Assembly: GCA_963838285.1 (NCBI GenBank)
Contig: CAWIQP010000011.1
Location: forward strand, 75,917 to 139,916
DNA from: an uncultured Chloroflexia bacterium
Lineage (GTDB): Bacteria > Chloroflexota > Limnocylindria > Limnocylindrales > CSP1-4
DNA length: 64,000 nt
Direction: 5' to 3'
Shown here: positions 31,071 to 40,183 of the stretch, piece by piece
How the letters are laid out: the number at the start of each line of letters is the position of its first letter
Position numbering within the stretch: the first letter of the stretch is position 1
Translations under genes and position numbers: made by a program
Notes under the pieces: model-generated
Seen by the model: the letters and a program-made list of their open reading frames with translations, nothing else
Database searches by the model: none
What the model was told of the DNA's origin: nothing

Positions 31071-31871
31071 ATGCGACGCGTTCGCTCGATCCTCCGGGGC
31101 ACCTACCGCTCGGCCGTGCGGCCGATCGCGAGCGTCGCGGGCGATCTGCTCGGCCTGGTTCCCGCGCTCGTCGCCGGCGCCGGCGTCTTTCTGATCGTGG
31201 CCGGGCTGTTCAACTACCTCCAGCCGGCCGCGGCCGAGCCTACGGACACGCCCACGCCCGCCCCGGCTCAGTCCATCGCCATATACAGCCTGCCGCCGCG
31301 GGCGTCGATCGGGCCCTCAGGCAGCGCCGCCGTCACGGCCGCGATCGCGACACGCGTCACGATCCCCGCTCTGAACATCGACCTCCCGATCGTGTACGAC
31401 CCGAACGAGGAGTTCCCGCTCTGCAACGCGGCCGAATACATGGTCCTCGACAAGGCCCTCGCCTACCCCGGCCTGCCGCAGGCCACCTACCTGTACGCCC
31501 ATGCCCGCGCAGACATGTTCCTGCCGCTCCTGACCCAATCCAAGATCAACAACGGCGCGGCCATGGTCGGCATGTGGGTCGAGGTCTATACGGACGACGA
31601 CCAGCGCCACGTCTACCAGATCAGCGAGGTCATCCGCCACGTCCCCAACGCCCCGTCGGCATTCGACCGCGCGGAGGCGGCCACGACGGACCAGCTATGG
31701 CTGCAAACGTCGGAAGGACCGATCGGGTACCCGTACAAGCTGCAGGTCCTGGCTCAGCCCGTCGGCGTGCTGGCCGCCAGCGCGGCCGACGCGCATCCCG
31801 CCGGCAAGGGCAACGTCTGCCCGGATGCCCCCAAGTGCAAGACGGCGAACGGGGGCGGCTGCCGGCGCTAG
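31071..31871 (+). CDS. sortase-like (class E/F-like) domain protein with Ser at the catalytic-Cys position
   Basis: N-terminal TM, PT-rich linker (AAEPTDTPTPAPA), RVTIPALNIDLPIV, YLYAHAR (His site), MVGMWVEVYTDDDQRHVYQISEV, LWLQTSEGP where sortases have LxTC; C-terminal CPDAPKCK...GGGC. Confidence 0.4.
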   Translation: MRRVRSILRGTYRSAVRPIASVAGDLLGLVPALVAGAGVFLIVAGLFNYLQPAAAEPTDTPTPAPAQSIAIYSLPPRASIGPSGSAAVTAAIATRVTIPALNIDLPIVYDPNEEFPLCNAAEYMVLDKALAYPGLPQATYLYAHARADMFLPLLTQSKINNGAAMVGMWVEVYTDDDQRHVYQISEVIRHVPNAPSAFDRAEAATTDQLWLQTSEGPIGYPYKLQVLAQPVGVLAASAADAHPAGKGNVCPDAPKCKTANGGGCRR

Positions 31872-31940
31872 CGCGGAGCCGATCGGCACCCGCGGTCGAG
31901 GGTCGTACAGGATCCCGTAGATCCAACGCGGGCCGGCCCG

Positions 31941-33581
31941 TCAGAAGGCGATCTCGCCGGACTCCTCCCCGTCTCCCGTGCCACCTGCCGGCCCGCCCCT
32001 CGGCCCGTCGCGCAGCATGAGCGCCGGCACCACGGCGATCAGCGTAACCGCAGCGGCCACCAGGAATATGTCGACCAGGATCGCGGCGCCCTTCGTTGCT
32101 GCCCACTGCTCGAGCGCCTGGGCGACCAGGCCGTCGTCGATCGGCCGATCGCGCAGGTAGGCCGGTATGTACTGCTTGTAGGCGTCTCCGGAGCCGTAGA
32201 TTTCATTCGAGATGCGGGTGATCGTCGTGGACCCATAGGCCGTGAGGGCCGCCATGCCGACGGCCATGCCGATCATTCGGGCCACGGTCACGGTCGCCGA
32301 GGCCGCGCCGAAGGCGGCCCGCCCCGCAGATTCGATCGCGGCGGCGGAACGGGGCGTGACCGTAAGCCCGAAACCGATGCCGAAGACGGCGCCCGACGCG
32401 GCGAAGGCATTCGTCGAGGCGTCCGGACTCCAGGTCGACATCCACGCCAGGCCGCCGGCGCTGGCCACCAGACCGACGAGCGTCAGCAGCCGCAGCGAGA
32501 TGCGCCGGGCCAGGAAGCCCGAAGCGAGGGCGCCGAGGGCCATCGCCCCGGCAATCGCCCCCAGGACGACGCGCTGCTCCTCGGGGCCGCCGTACAGGAC
32601 GCGATCGACGAACACCGCTCCACCGACGATCGCGGTGGCCATCCCATACCCGGTAAGAAGCGAGATCAGCGCCGCGGACGAGAAGACACGATCCGCGAAG
32701 AGGCGCGGGTCCAGGAAGGGAAACGGCCGGCGGAGGCCGTGCCAGATCGCCAGCAACCCGGAGGCGATGCCGCCGAGGATCAGACCGCTCACGGCGACGT
32801 CCGTGGGCACGCCGAAGACCTGGTCCGAGTTGCCGATGAGCGTGGTCCCGAACAGGATCCCGGCGAGGGCGGCCGTGAAGAGGGCCGCGCCGACCCAGTC
32901 GATCTGGGCGGCCTGCCGGCGGGTGTCCCAGCCCGAACTCGCCGCCCAGGCGATGACCAGGGCGCATATCCCGATCGGGACGTTCACGTAGAAGACCCAG
33001 CGCCACGCGGGAGCGACGGTCGACACCAGCGGCCCGCCGGCCACGCCCATGTTCGCCAGGGCCGTCTCCGGATGAACCGTCTCGAGGACGGCCGCGCCGA
33101 CGAACGGACCGGCGGCCATGCCGAGGAAAGTCAGGGCGCCGATGACGCCGAGGGCCCGCGGCCGGGCGGCGCCCTCGAAAAGGTGCGAGGCGGCGGCCGT
33201 GGCGACGGGAATGATGGCGCCGCCGCCGACGGCCTGGACGAGACGGGCCGCGATGAGCTGGTCCAGGCTCTGGGAGAGCCCCGCCAGCAGCGAACCGATC
33301 GTGAAGACGGTGAGGGCCACCAGGAACAGACGGCGCGAGCCCCACAGATCGGTCAGGCGGCCGGCGAGCGGCATCGTCACGACGTACACCAGCAGGTAGC
33401 CGTTGATGATCCAGGACGCCTCGCGCAGGTCCGTCCAGTTGGCCATCGTCGCCAGGATCTGGGGCAGCGCGACGGCCGTGACCATCAGCTCGAGGCCGGC
33501 CAGGAAGACCCCGACGCCGAGGACGCCCAGGAGCATGTACGAGTCGCGGCGGCGCATGTCGGCCAGTTTACGGGCGGGCAT
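31941..33581 (-). CDS. MFS transporter (14-TMS DHA2-like)
   Basis: MFS motif GRLTDLWGSRR after TM2, ~14 hydrophobic segments; start set at internal ATG 33581 (ORF extends to 33746 with Arg-rich junk). Confidence 0.8.
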   Translation of the reverse strand: MPARKLADMRRRDSYMLLGVLGVGVFLAGLELMVTAVALPQILATMANWTDLREASWIINGYLLVYVVTMPLAGRLTDLWGSRRLFLVALTVFTIGSLLAGLSQSLDQLIAARLVQAVGGGAIIPVATAAASHLFEGAARPRALGVIGALTFLGMAAGPFVGAAVLETVHPETALANMGVAGGPLVSTVAPAWRWVFYVNVPIGICALVIAWAASSGWDTRRQAAQIDWVGAALFTAALAGILFGTTLIGNSDQVFGVPTDVAVSGLILGGIASGLLAIWHGLRRPFPFLDPRLFADRVFSSAALISLLTGYGMATAIVGGAVFVDRVLYGGPEEQRVVLGAIAGAMALGALASGFLARRISLRLLTLVGLVASAGGLAWMSTWSPDASTNAFAASGAVFGIGFGLTVTPRSAAAIESAGRAAFGAASATVTVARMIGMAVGMAALTAYGSTTITRISNEIYGSGDAYKQYIPAYLRDRPIDDGLVAQALEQWAATKGAAILVDIFLVAAAVTLIAVVPALMLRDGPRGGPAGGTGDGEESGEIAF

Positions 33582-33806
33582 CGGCGGGCGCGCAGATCGC
33601 TCGCTGTGTGGCGGCGACCGGACCGCGCCCCCGGCCGCGGCGGATGTGGCGCCGTGCCGGCGACCGCACCGCGCCCCCGGCCGCGCCGGGGCTGCCTGGC
33701 GTCGCTCTCCGGGCCGCGCGAGCGTGCCACCGCCACGCCCGGCCACACCGGCCTACTATTTCCGGCACCGCCCCCGGCACCGACCGAGGGCCCTCGGAGG
33801 AGATCG

Positions 33807-34311
33807 ATGCCAGGAGTCCGGACCCGCCGCGCGCCGCTCGCGATCGCGGCCCTGCTGGCGCTCGCCGCGCTTGCCGCGGGCTGCGCATCCGGCTCCTCGC
33901 CGACCGGGGGAAACGGCGGCAGCGCCGGCTGCGACCACTGGTGCGGCAACGGCTCGGCCACGGTGACGATCGGCGCCGCCACGACGACGATCTCCGGCGG
34001 CGGCTGCTACGACGGCGGCTCGGCCGGAGTGGACGCCCGCTTCGGCGACTGGGGGCCCAACGGAACCGGCGACTACCTGGAAGCGACCGCCTACCGCGCG
34101 GGCGGCCCGACGCCGACGCCCGCGGCGACCCTCTCGAATCCGAGTGCCTCGGAATACCCTTCGCCGAACGTCAGCGGCAACGTGGGCGGAAACCCGTTCA
34201 TTCTCGGCCCCGACACGATCGTCACGCTGACGGCCGAACGGCACGGGCTCCTTCTCCGGCACCGACCTGAACGGCGCCGGGCTCGTCAAGGGCACGTTCA
34301 GCTGCAGCTGA
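33807..34311 (+). CDS. lipoprotein (Gly/Thr-rich secreted domain); C-terminus in shifted frame
   Basis: MPGVRTRRAPLAIAALLALAALAAGC lipobox; after ~34240 another frame continues NGTGSFSGTDLNGAGLVKGTFSCS* (stop 34311) while the original frame decays into Arg-rich sequence. Confidence 0.5.
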
Positions 34312-34417
34312 CGGGCAACGGCGCCCACGGCGAGAGGGTCGCGGGCCGCCCACGAGCATCCGATCGGTCTGCACTCGGCGGCGTGGCGCGGCGTTCACAC
34401 ACGGCGGCGCGGCGAGC

Positions 34418-34446
34418 TTGACAGCCCCGGCCGGCCGACCTAGCAT
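34418..34446 (+). promoter_or_regulatory. sigma70-type promoter (TTGACA-17 bp-TAGCAT) for the arsR-pgsA1 operon
   Basis: TTGACA 34418-34423, 17-bp spacer, TAGCAT 34441-34446; divergent from the MFS gene. Confidence 0.55.
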
Positions 34447-34451
34447 CAACC

Positions 34452-34470
34452 GGCCTTTATATGAAAGGCC
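34452..34470. promoter_or_regulatory. perfect 7-5-7 palindrome GGCCTTT-ATATG-AAAGGCC just downstream of the -10 (candidate ArsR-family operator)
   Basis: seen directly in sequence; position typical of an autoregulatory repressor site. Confidence 0.5.
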
Positions 34471-34552
34471 CGTTTGTGCGGGGCGCGACCGCCTCGACAG
34501 CAAGCGCGGGTCCCGTCCATCCGCAGCCCGCATCATCGATACGAGGCCTCGC

Positions 34553-34987
34553 AACTTGCCCTCCCCCGCGCATTTCAGAGGCACAGTCGCGACGATCGTC
34601 GATCAACCCGACGACCTGCGCGAACTGCGCACCTTCCACAAGGCCCTGGCCGACGTCAACCGCCTTCGCATCGTGAAGAGGCTGGCCGAGGGGCCGGCCA
34701 CCGTCGGCGAGCTGATCGACACCGTCGGCCTGAGCCAGCCGCTCGTCTCGTGGCACATCGGCCGGCTCAAGGCCGCGGGGGTGATCGAGACCAAACGGAC
34801 CGGCCGCGAAGTGTTCTGCCAGCTCCGACCGAACGTGTTCGACGAGGTCGAGGAGCGCGAGCGCTTCCTGCTCGGAATGACCGGGGCGGCTCATGTCGCC
34901 GCCGTGGGGCGGGCACCCGAAGCCGCTCAGGTCGGTGGGCCGGTGCCAACGCAGCCGCCCGCACCGAACGCCGTCGAGGCGCGTTGA
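34553..34987 (+). CDS. ArsR/SmtB-family transcriptional regulator
   Basis: HTH LADVNRLRIVKRLAEGPATVGELIDTVGLSQPLVSWHIGRLKAAGVIETKRTGREVFCQL; start uncertain (ORF ATG 34418 lies inside the promoter; TTG 34553 proposed). Confidence 0.65.
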   Translation, partial: NLPSPAHFRGTVATIVDQPDDLRELRTFHKALADVNRLRIVKRLAEGPATVGELIDTVGLSQPLVSWHIGRLKAAGVIETKRTGREVFCQLRPNVFDEVEERERFLLGMTGAAHVAAVGRAPEAAQVGGPVPTQPPAPNAVEAR

Positions 34988-34989
34988 CC

Positions 34990-35631
34990 GTGGGCGACCA
35001 GTCCTTCGTGTCCCAGGCGACTCGGGCGCGTGTACGTGGCGCCGTCACTCCCATCGCCGTCGCGGCGGGCAAGCTCGGTCTGACACCGAACGCGTTGACG
35101 GTGATCGGCTTCATGATCTCCGGCGTCGCCGCCGCTACGGCCGCGGCCCAACTCTGGCTGGCCGCCGCCGCCCTGGTCATTTTCGGGGGCTCGTTCGACA
35201 TGCTCGACGGCGGGCTCGCCCGAGCCCAGAACCGCGTGACCCGGTTCGGGGCCTTCCTCGACTCGACCCTCGATCGCTGGGGTGAGGGCGTCGTCTACAT
35301 CGGGATCGTCGCCGGGGCTTCGGCCGCCGGCTATGTCGCGGGAGCGGTCCTGGCCGCGGCCGCGGCCGTATCCAGCTTCCAGGTCAGCTACACGCGGGCC
35401 AAGGCCGAGAGCCTGAGCCTGCACGGCGAGGTGGGCATCGCCCCCAGGGCCGAGCGTCTCGTCGTCCTGACCGTCGGCCTTGCCGCCGCCGGCCTGGACG
35501 GCGGCGTCGCGCCGGGCGCCCGCGGCCAGGTCTGGCTGGCGCTTGCCCTCGGCATCATCTTCCTGACCGCCAGCATCACGGCGGTTCAGCGAACCGCGCA
35601 CGTGCGTACGCAGCTTCGCAAAGAGGAGTAA
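34990..35631 (+). CDS. pgsA: CDP-alcohol phosphatidyltransferase (phosphatidylinositol-phosphate synthase PgsA1-like)
   Basis: DMLDGGLARAQNRVTRFGAFLDSTLDR = D-G-x2-A-R-x8-G-x3-D-x3-D motif; 6 TMs; GTG start right after arsR stop. Confidence 0.85.
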   Translation: MGDQSFVSQATRARVRGAVTPIAVAAGKLGLTPNALTVIGFMISGVAAATAAAQLWLAAAALVIFGGSFDMLDGGLARAQNRVTRFGAFLDSTLDRWGEGVVYIGIVAGASAAGYVAGAVLAAAAAVSSFQVSYTRAKAESLSLHGEVGIAPRAERLVVLTVGLAAAGLDGGVAPGARGQVWLALALGIIFLTASITAVQRTAHVRTQLRKEE

Positions 35632-35751
35632 CGATCGAGTGAGCGACAGGACCGGCAGCGACGCCGCGAACGCGGCCCACGCACGCGCGGCCGAGGCGCC
35701 GGCCAGCACCCCCGCGAAGAGCCGTGGCGCCGCACCGGCGGGCGAGACAAA

Positions 35752-36993
35752 GTGAGCGAGGAAACCTACGGCATCGGTCCGCAGGCGGCGAGCGACGGCG
35801 TCGAAGCGATACCCTCGGGCGCTTCGCCCGGCCGCGCGCCGGCACTCGCCGCGGCATCCGCGAGCGACGAGGCGGCGACCACCGGACGCCGCCTCGGCCT
35901 GCCCCGGAAGTCGGGCGCACCGAACGCCGAGCCGGCCAGGAAGCCCGAGCCGACCAAGACGTTCGTGGCGCCGCACCGGATGGAGAAGGAGACCTTCTTC
36001 ACCCACCTTGCCGGCCTCACGGCGCTGAGCTTCTGGCGCACGTCGTCCTGGATCGTGGGCCACCTCCCGGCCGGGCTCACGTATCGGGTCGGCGGCTGGA
36101 TCTCGATGATCGGCTACGCCGCCAGCCCAACCCGTCGCCGCTGGCTGCGGGCTAACTTCGGCCACGTCCTGGGCGTTTCGCCCGACGACAAGGCCGCCCA
36201 CCGCATGGCCCGCGCGGCGTACCGCAACTACTCGCGCTACATCCTGGAGCTGATGCGGCTGCCGTGGCTCAAGCCGGAGCAGGTCGAGCGGCTGCTCGAG
36301 GTCCACAGCCTCGATCGCTTCCTCGAGATCTACCGCGCGTCCAAAGGCGTGGTCCTGGTCGCGGCCCATCTCGGCAACAACGAGGCGGCCGCGGCGGGCT
36401 TCGCCGAGCACGGCCTGGAGATCAACGTCGTCGGCGACGACAGCTCCTACCGCGAGCTGTACGAGCTGTTCGCGCGCCAGCGCGAAAGCTGGGGTGTGAA
36501 GATGATCTCCTGGCGCAACCTGCGCGGCGTGTACGGCGCGCTCCGACGCCACGAGGGCCTGGTCCTGCTGGTCGACTGGGGCTACCGAGCGGACGGCATC
36601 CCCGTCAAGATGTTCGGCTCGTGGACGACGCTCCCGGCCGGTCCGGCCCTGCTGGCGGCCAAGCACGGCTCCACCATCGTCCCGTTCTCGATCAACAGGC
36701 TGCCCAGCGGAGCCTTCCGGGCGGCGGCCGACGATCCGATCCTGGTTCCCTCCGACTCCCCGGCGGACCTGGCGATCGCGACTCAGAAGATCGCGACCGC
36801 GCTCGAGGGCCACATCGCGCCGGCGCCGGAGCAGTGGTACAACTTCAAGCCGATCTGGCCGGCCACGGCCGAGGAGGCTGCCCGGCTCGAAGCGCGGAAC
36901 CGCGCGGCGATGGCGAACGACGCCAAGGGTGCGGCCCCGAACGGCGGGTCGACTCCCGGCGGCGGCGAGAAGCCGAAGCGCCCGGAGAAATGA
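35752..36993 (+). CDS. LpxL/HtrB-family lipid acyltransferase (PatA-like PIM acyltransferase)
   Basis: 413 aa; low-complexity N-terminus then lauroyl/myristoyl acyltransferase fold (GVVLVAAHLGNNE...LVDWGYRADG). Confidence 0.8.
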   Translation: MSEETYGIGPQAASDGVEAIPSGASPGRAPALAAASASDEAATTGRRLGLPRKSGAPNAEPARKPEPTKTFVAPHRMEKETFFTHLAGLTALSFWRTSSWIVGHLPAGLTYRVGGWISMIGYAASPTRRRWLRANFGHVLGVSPDDKAAHRMARAAYRNYSRYILELMRLPWLKPEQVERLLEVHSLDRFLEIYRASKGVVLVAAHLGNNEAAAAGFAEHGLEINVVGDDSSYRELYELFARQRESWGVKMISWRNLRGVYGALRRHEGLVLLVDWGYRADGIPVKMFGSWTTLPAGPALLAAKHGSTIVPFSINRLPSGAFRAAADDPILVPSDSPADLAIATQKIATALEGHIAPAPEQWYNFKPIWPATAEEAARLEARNRAAMANDAKGAAPNGGSTPGGGEKPKRPEK

Positions 36994-38006
36994 CCCGACA
37001 GGCGTCCCCCGCGGCCGGCGAGCCGCCCGTCCGGCGGCGTGGGCTTCGGCGCCGCCTGACCGACGAAGTGTCCGCGTTCTTCACCATCGGCGGGCTCAAG
37101 CTGATCCTGCACCTGCCCGAGCGGCCGATATGGGCTCTGGCCGACTTCGCCGGCGACATCTCGTACCGCTTGTCGCGTGCTCGCCGGGACCGCGTCCGCA
37201 GGAATTTGCGTCGCGTCCTGGAGTGGATGGCGGCAAACGGCCGCGGGGAAGAGTCGTACCGAGCCGCCGCCGCCGACCCGAATAGGCTCGAGGCGCTCGT
37301 CCGATCGGCCTTCAGGAACCAGGCTCGCTACAACGTGGAGCTGGCCCGAGCGCCAAAGTTCGACGCCGCCTGGGTGAGCGAGCGGCTGGAAGTCGAGAAT
37401 CCCGCGGAAGTGGACGCCTGGCTGACTCCCGGCCGAGCCCTGATCCTCATCGGCCTCCATTTCGGGGCGATCGAGGTGCCCGGGATCTATGCGATCCACC
37501 GCATGCGCCGGATCGTGAGCCCCATGGAGACGGTCGCCAACCCCCGTGTCCAGCGCTACGTGTTCTCGACGCGGGACACCATCGGCATCAAGATCGTGAC
37601 TCTGGAGGCGGCGGGCGTCGAGCTGCTGGCGGCGCTGCGGCGGGGCGAGGCGGTCGGGCTCGTGGCCGACCGCAACCTCACCGGCGGCGGCATCGAGGTC
37701 GAGCTGTTCGGCGCCGCGACCAGGATCCCCGCCGGTCCGGTACTGCTCGCGGCCGAAACCGGCGCGCCGGCATACATGTCGGCCGTGCGACGGGTCGGCC
37801 GGGGCCGCTATCGTGGCAGGGTGCGAGAGCTTCCACCGCCGGCGGGGGCGAGCAGGCGGGAGCGCAGTCGGGCTATGGCCCGCGAGGAGGCTCGACTCTT
37901 CGAGGAGTTCATCGTGGATGCACCGGAGCAGTGGCTGGCCCTGTTCCATCCGATCTGGCCCGACCTGGAGCAGCCACCAATGCCACCTACCGGAGACGAA
38001 GCGTGA
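36990..38006 (+). CDS. second LpxL/HtrB-family acyltransferase paralogue
   Basis: ATGA overlap with upstream stop; ALILIGLHFGAIE...GLVADRNLTGGGIEVELFG. Confidence 0.75.
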   Translation: MTRQASPAAGEPPVRRRGLRRRLTDEVSAFFTIGGLKLILHLPERPIWALADFAGDISYRLSRARRDRVRRNLRRVLEWMAANGRGEESYRAAAADPNRLEALVRSAFRNQARYNVELARAPKFDAAWVSERLEVENPAEVDAWLTPGRALILIGLHFGAIEVPGIYAIHRMRRIVSPMETVANPRVQRYVFSTRDTIGIKIVTLEAAGVELLAALRRGEAVGLVADRNLTGGGIEVELFGAATRIPAGPVLLAAETGAPAYMSAVRRVGRGRYRGRVRELPPPAGASRRERSRAMAREEARLFEEFIVDAPEQWLALFHPIWPDLEQPPMPPTGDEA

Positions 38007-38887
38007 CGACTGAGAAACCGCCGCGATTGGGCCAGGCGGACATGCACATCCATTCGATAGCTTCGGATGGCACGGGATCGGCCGCCCAGATCCTCGACTA
38101 CGCGGAGAACCGCACCGACCTGGATCTGATAGCAGTCGCCGACCACGAGCGCATCGAGGCCGCAGTGGAGTGTCAGCGGCTGGCCCGCGAGCGCGGCAGC
38201 CGGTTGGAGGTCGTCGTCGGCGAGGAGGTAACCACGCGCAGCGGCCACCTGCTCGGCCTATTCCTGCAGGCGCGCCTCAAGCGAAACCAGCGCCTCGAGA
38301 CGACCGTCGCCGAGATCCACGAGCAGGGCGGTCTGGCAATCGTGCCGCACCCGTTCTCCGCCTTCACCAAGGGCATGCGCAAGCACGCCATCATGCGGGT
38401 CCACCTCTCGTCCGATCCCCTGGTCTACTGGGATGCGCTGGAGGGCTACAACCCCTCTACGGCAGGCCGTTACGGCCGGGCCGCTACCATCAGGCTCGCC
38501 GCCGAGCTCGGCCTGGCGCTGGTCGGAAACAGCGACGCCCACACTCTCGACACCATCGGCGACGGCCGAACCACCTTCCCCGGTTCGACCTCGGAGGACT
38601 ACCGGCGGGCCATCGGCGAGCGAACCACCAGCGGCGTCTGCGCGGACTGGGGCCTCGTCCGCGAGGCGCTCATCTACGGCCGCCAGGTCCGCAAGCAGGC
38701 CCGAGACGTGGCCCGCTGGAGCCGGCGCAACCTGCTTCGAGACGACGCGCCGCGCGACCTGGGGGTGCCGCAGGATCAGCTGGCCCTCCAGCGGCAGCTC
38801 GAGTCCGAGTACCTCTCCGGACGAGGCAGGGCCCGCCACATGGCCGAGTCCGCGGAGCGCCAAGAGGCGGAGGAGCCGTCGGCGTGA
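38003..38887 (+). CDS. PHP-domain (polymerase/histidinol-phosphatase-like) metal-dependent phosphoesterase
   Basis: GTGA overlap; DMHIHSIASDGTGS...IAVADHERIE...IVPHPFS...GNSDAHTLDTIG. Confidence 0.7.
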   Translation: MTTEKPPRLGQADMHIHSIASDGTGSAAQILDYAENRTDLDLIAVADHERIEAAVECQRLARERGSRLEVVVGEEVTTRSGHLLGLFLQARLKRNQRLETTVAEIHEQGGLAIVPHPFSAFTKGMRKHAIMRVHLSSDPLVYWDALEGYNPSTAGRYGRAATIRLAAELGLALVGNSDAHTLDTIGDGRTTFPGSTSEDYRRAIGERTTSGVCADWGLVREALIYGRQVRKQARDVARWSRRNLLRDDAPRDLGVPQDQLALQRQLESEYLSGRGRARHMAESAERQEAEEPSA

Positions 38888-40071
38888 AGATCGGCCTGGT
38901 CACGCCGTACGTATACCCGCTCCCGGGTGGCGTGAACGCGCACGTCCGCTTCCTGTACGAGAACCTCCGGCTGCGCGGCCACGACGTCCGCATCCTGACC
39001 AGCAGCCACGGCCTGCAACGCTCGTCCGAGGGCGACGTCATTCGCATCGGCAAGGGCTTCAGCGTCCCGAGCAACGGCTCCGTGGGAACGATCACGCTCT
39101 CGCCGCGCTACGTGTCGCAGGTCCAGCGAGTTCTCGACCGCGAGCAGTTCGACCTGCTCCACTTCCACGAGCCGTTCGTGCCCTTCCTGTCTCTGGTGGT
39201 GCTGCGCCAGTCCACGAGCGTGAACATCGCCACGTTCCACGCCTACGCCGGTTTCTCGCCGGCGATGGAGCTCGGGAGCAAGACGCTCCAGGGCTACGCG
39301 CGCCGCCTCCACGGCCGGGTCGCGGTCAGCGCCGCGGCGCGGCACTTCGTCGATCGCTTCTTCCCCGGCGACTACAAGGTCATCTCCAACGGTGTCGACG
39401 TCGGCCGCTTCCAGCGCGCGGTGCCGATCGCCCGCTGGCAGGACGGCTGCCCCAACATCCTGTTCGTCGGCCGCCTGGAGGATCGAAAGGGCCTGCCGCA
39501 CCTGCTCAAGGCCTTCCGGCTGCTCCGCAAGAGCGGCCTCGAATGCCGGCTGCTCATCGTCGGCTCCGGCCCGCAGGAGCGCGAGGCGCGGCGATACGTG
39601 ATGACCCGCCGCCTCCAGAACGTCGAGTTCCTGGGCCGGGTCAGCGACGCCGAGAAGGCCCAGCTCTTCCGCACGGCCGACGTCTTCGTGTCTCCGGCCA
39701 CCGGCCGCGAGTCGTTCGGCATCGTCCTTCTCGAGGCGATGGCCGCCGGCGCACCGATCGTCTGCAGCGACATCCACGGCTACAAGGGCGTGGTCCAGCG
39801 CGGCCGTCAGGGCATCCTCGTGCCGCCGCGCGACGCCAAGAGCCTGGCGGCCGGCATCTCCGAGCTGCTGGCGAATCCGGAGCTGCGGGCCCGCATGGGG
39901 GCCGCCGGACAGGAGCGGGCCGAGCAGTTCAGCTGGGAGCGCGTCACGGCCAAGGTCGAGGAATACTACGGCTTCGTCATCCGCCGCCTCGCCGCCCAGG
40001 GCCAGCTCCCGCCGGGGTTCACGGCCGACGTTCCGCCCGCGTTGCACCCGCCGCTCGAGCACGGCGGCTGA
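38884..40071 (+). CDS. pimA: GT4 glycosyltransferase (phosphatidylinositol alpha-mannosyltransferase PimA-like)
   Basis: GTGA overlap; VKIGLVTPYVYPLPGGVNAHV...; GT-B/GT4 EX7E region ...SFGIVLLEAMAAGAPIVCSD. Confidence 0.8.
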   Translation: MKIGLVTPYVYPLPGGVNAHVRFLYENLRLRGHDVRILTSSHGLQRSSEGDVIRIGKGFSVPSNGSVGTITLSPRYVSQVQRVLDREQFDLLHFHEPFVPFLSLVVLRQSTSVNIATFHAYAGFSPAMELGSKTLQGYARRLHGRVAVSAAARHFVDRFFPGDYKVISNGVDVGRFQRAVPIARWQDGCPNILFVGRLEDRKGLPHLLKAFRLLRKSGLECRLLIVGSGPQEREARRYVMTRRLQNVEFLGRVSDAEKAQLFRTADVFVSPATGRESFGIVLLEAMAAGAPIVCSDIHGYKGVVQRGRQGILVPPRDAKSLAAGISELLANPELRARMGAAGQERAEQFSWERVTAKVEEYYGFVIRRLAAQGQLPPGFTADVPPALHPPLEHGG

Positions 40072-40183
40072 GCGCCGGCCGCTGAGGGGCTGAGCGCGGC
40101 ACCGCCCAATCGCCCGATTGCCCGGGGCGGCGGCGAGCCACTCCCCGGCCGCCTCCCGGCGGTCATTTCCGAACGAGGCCCAA

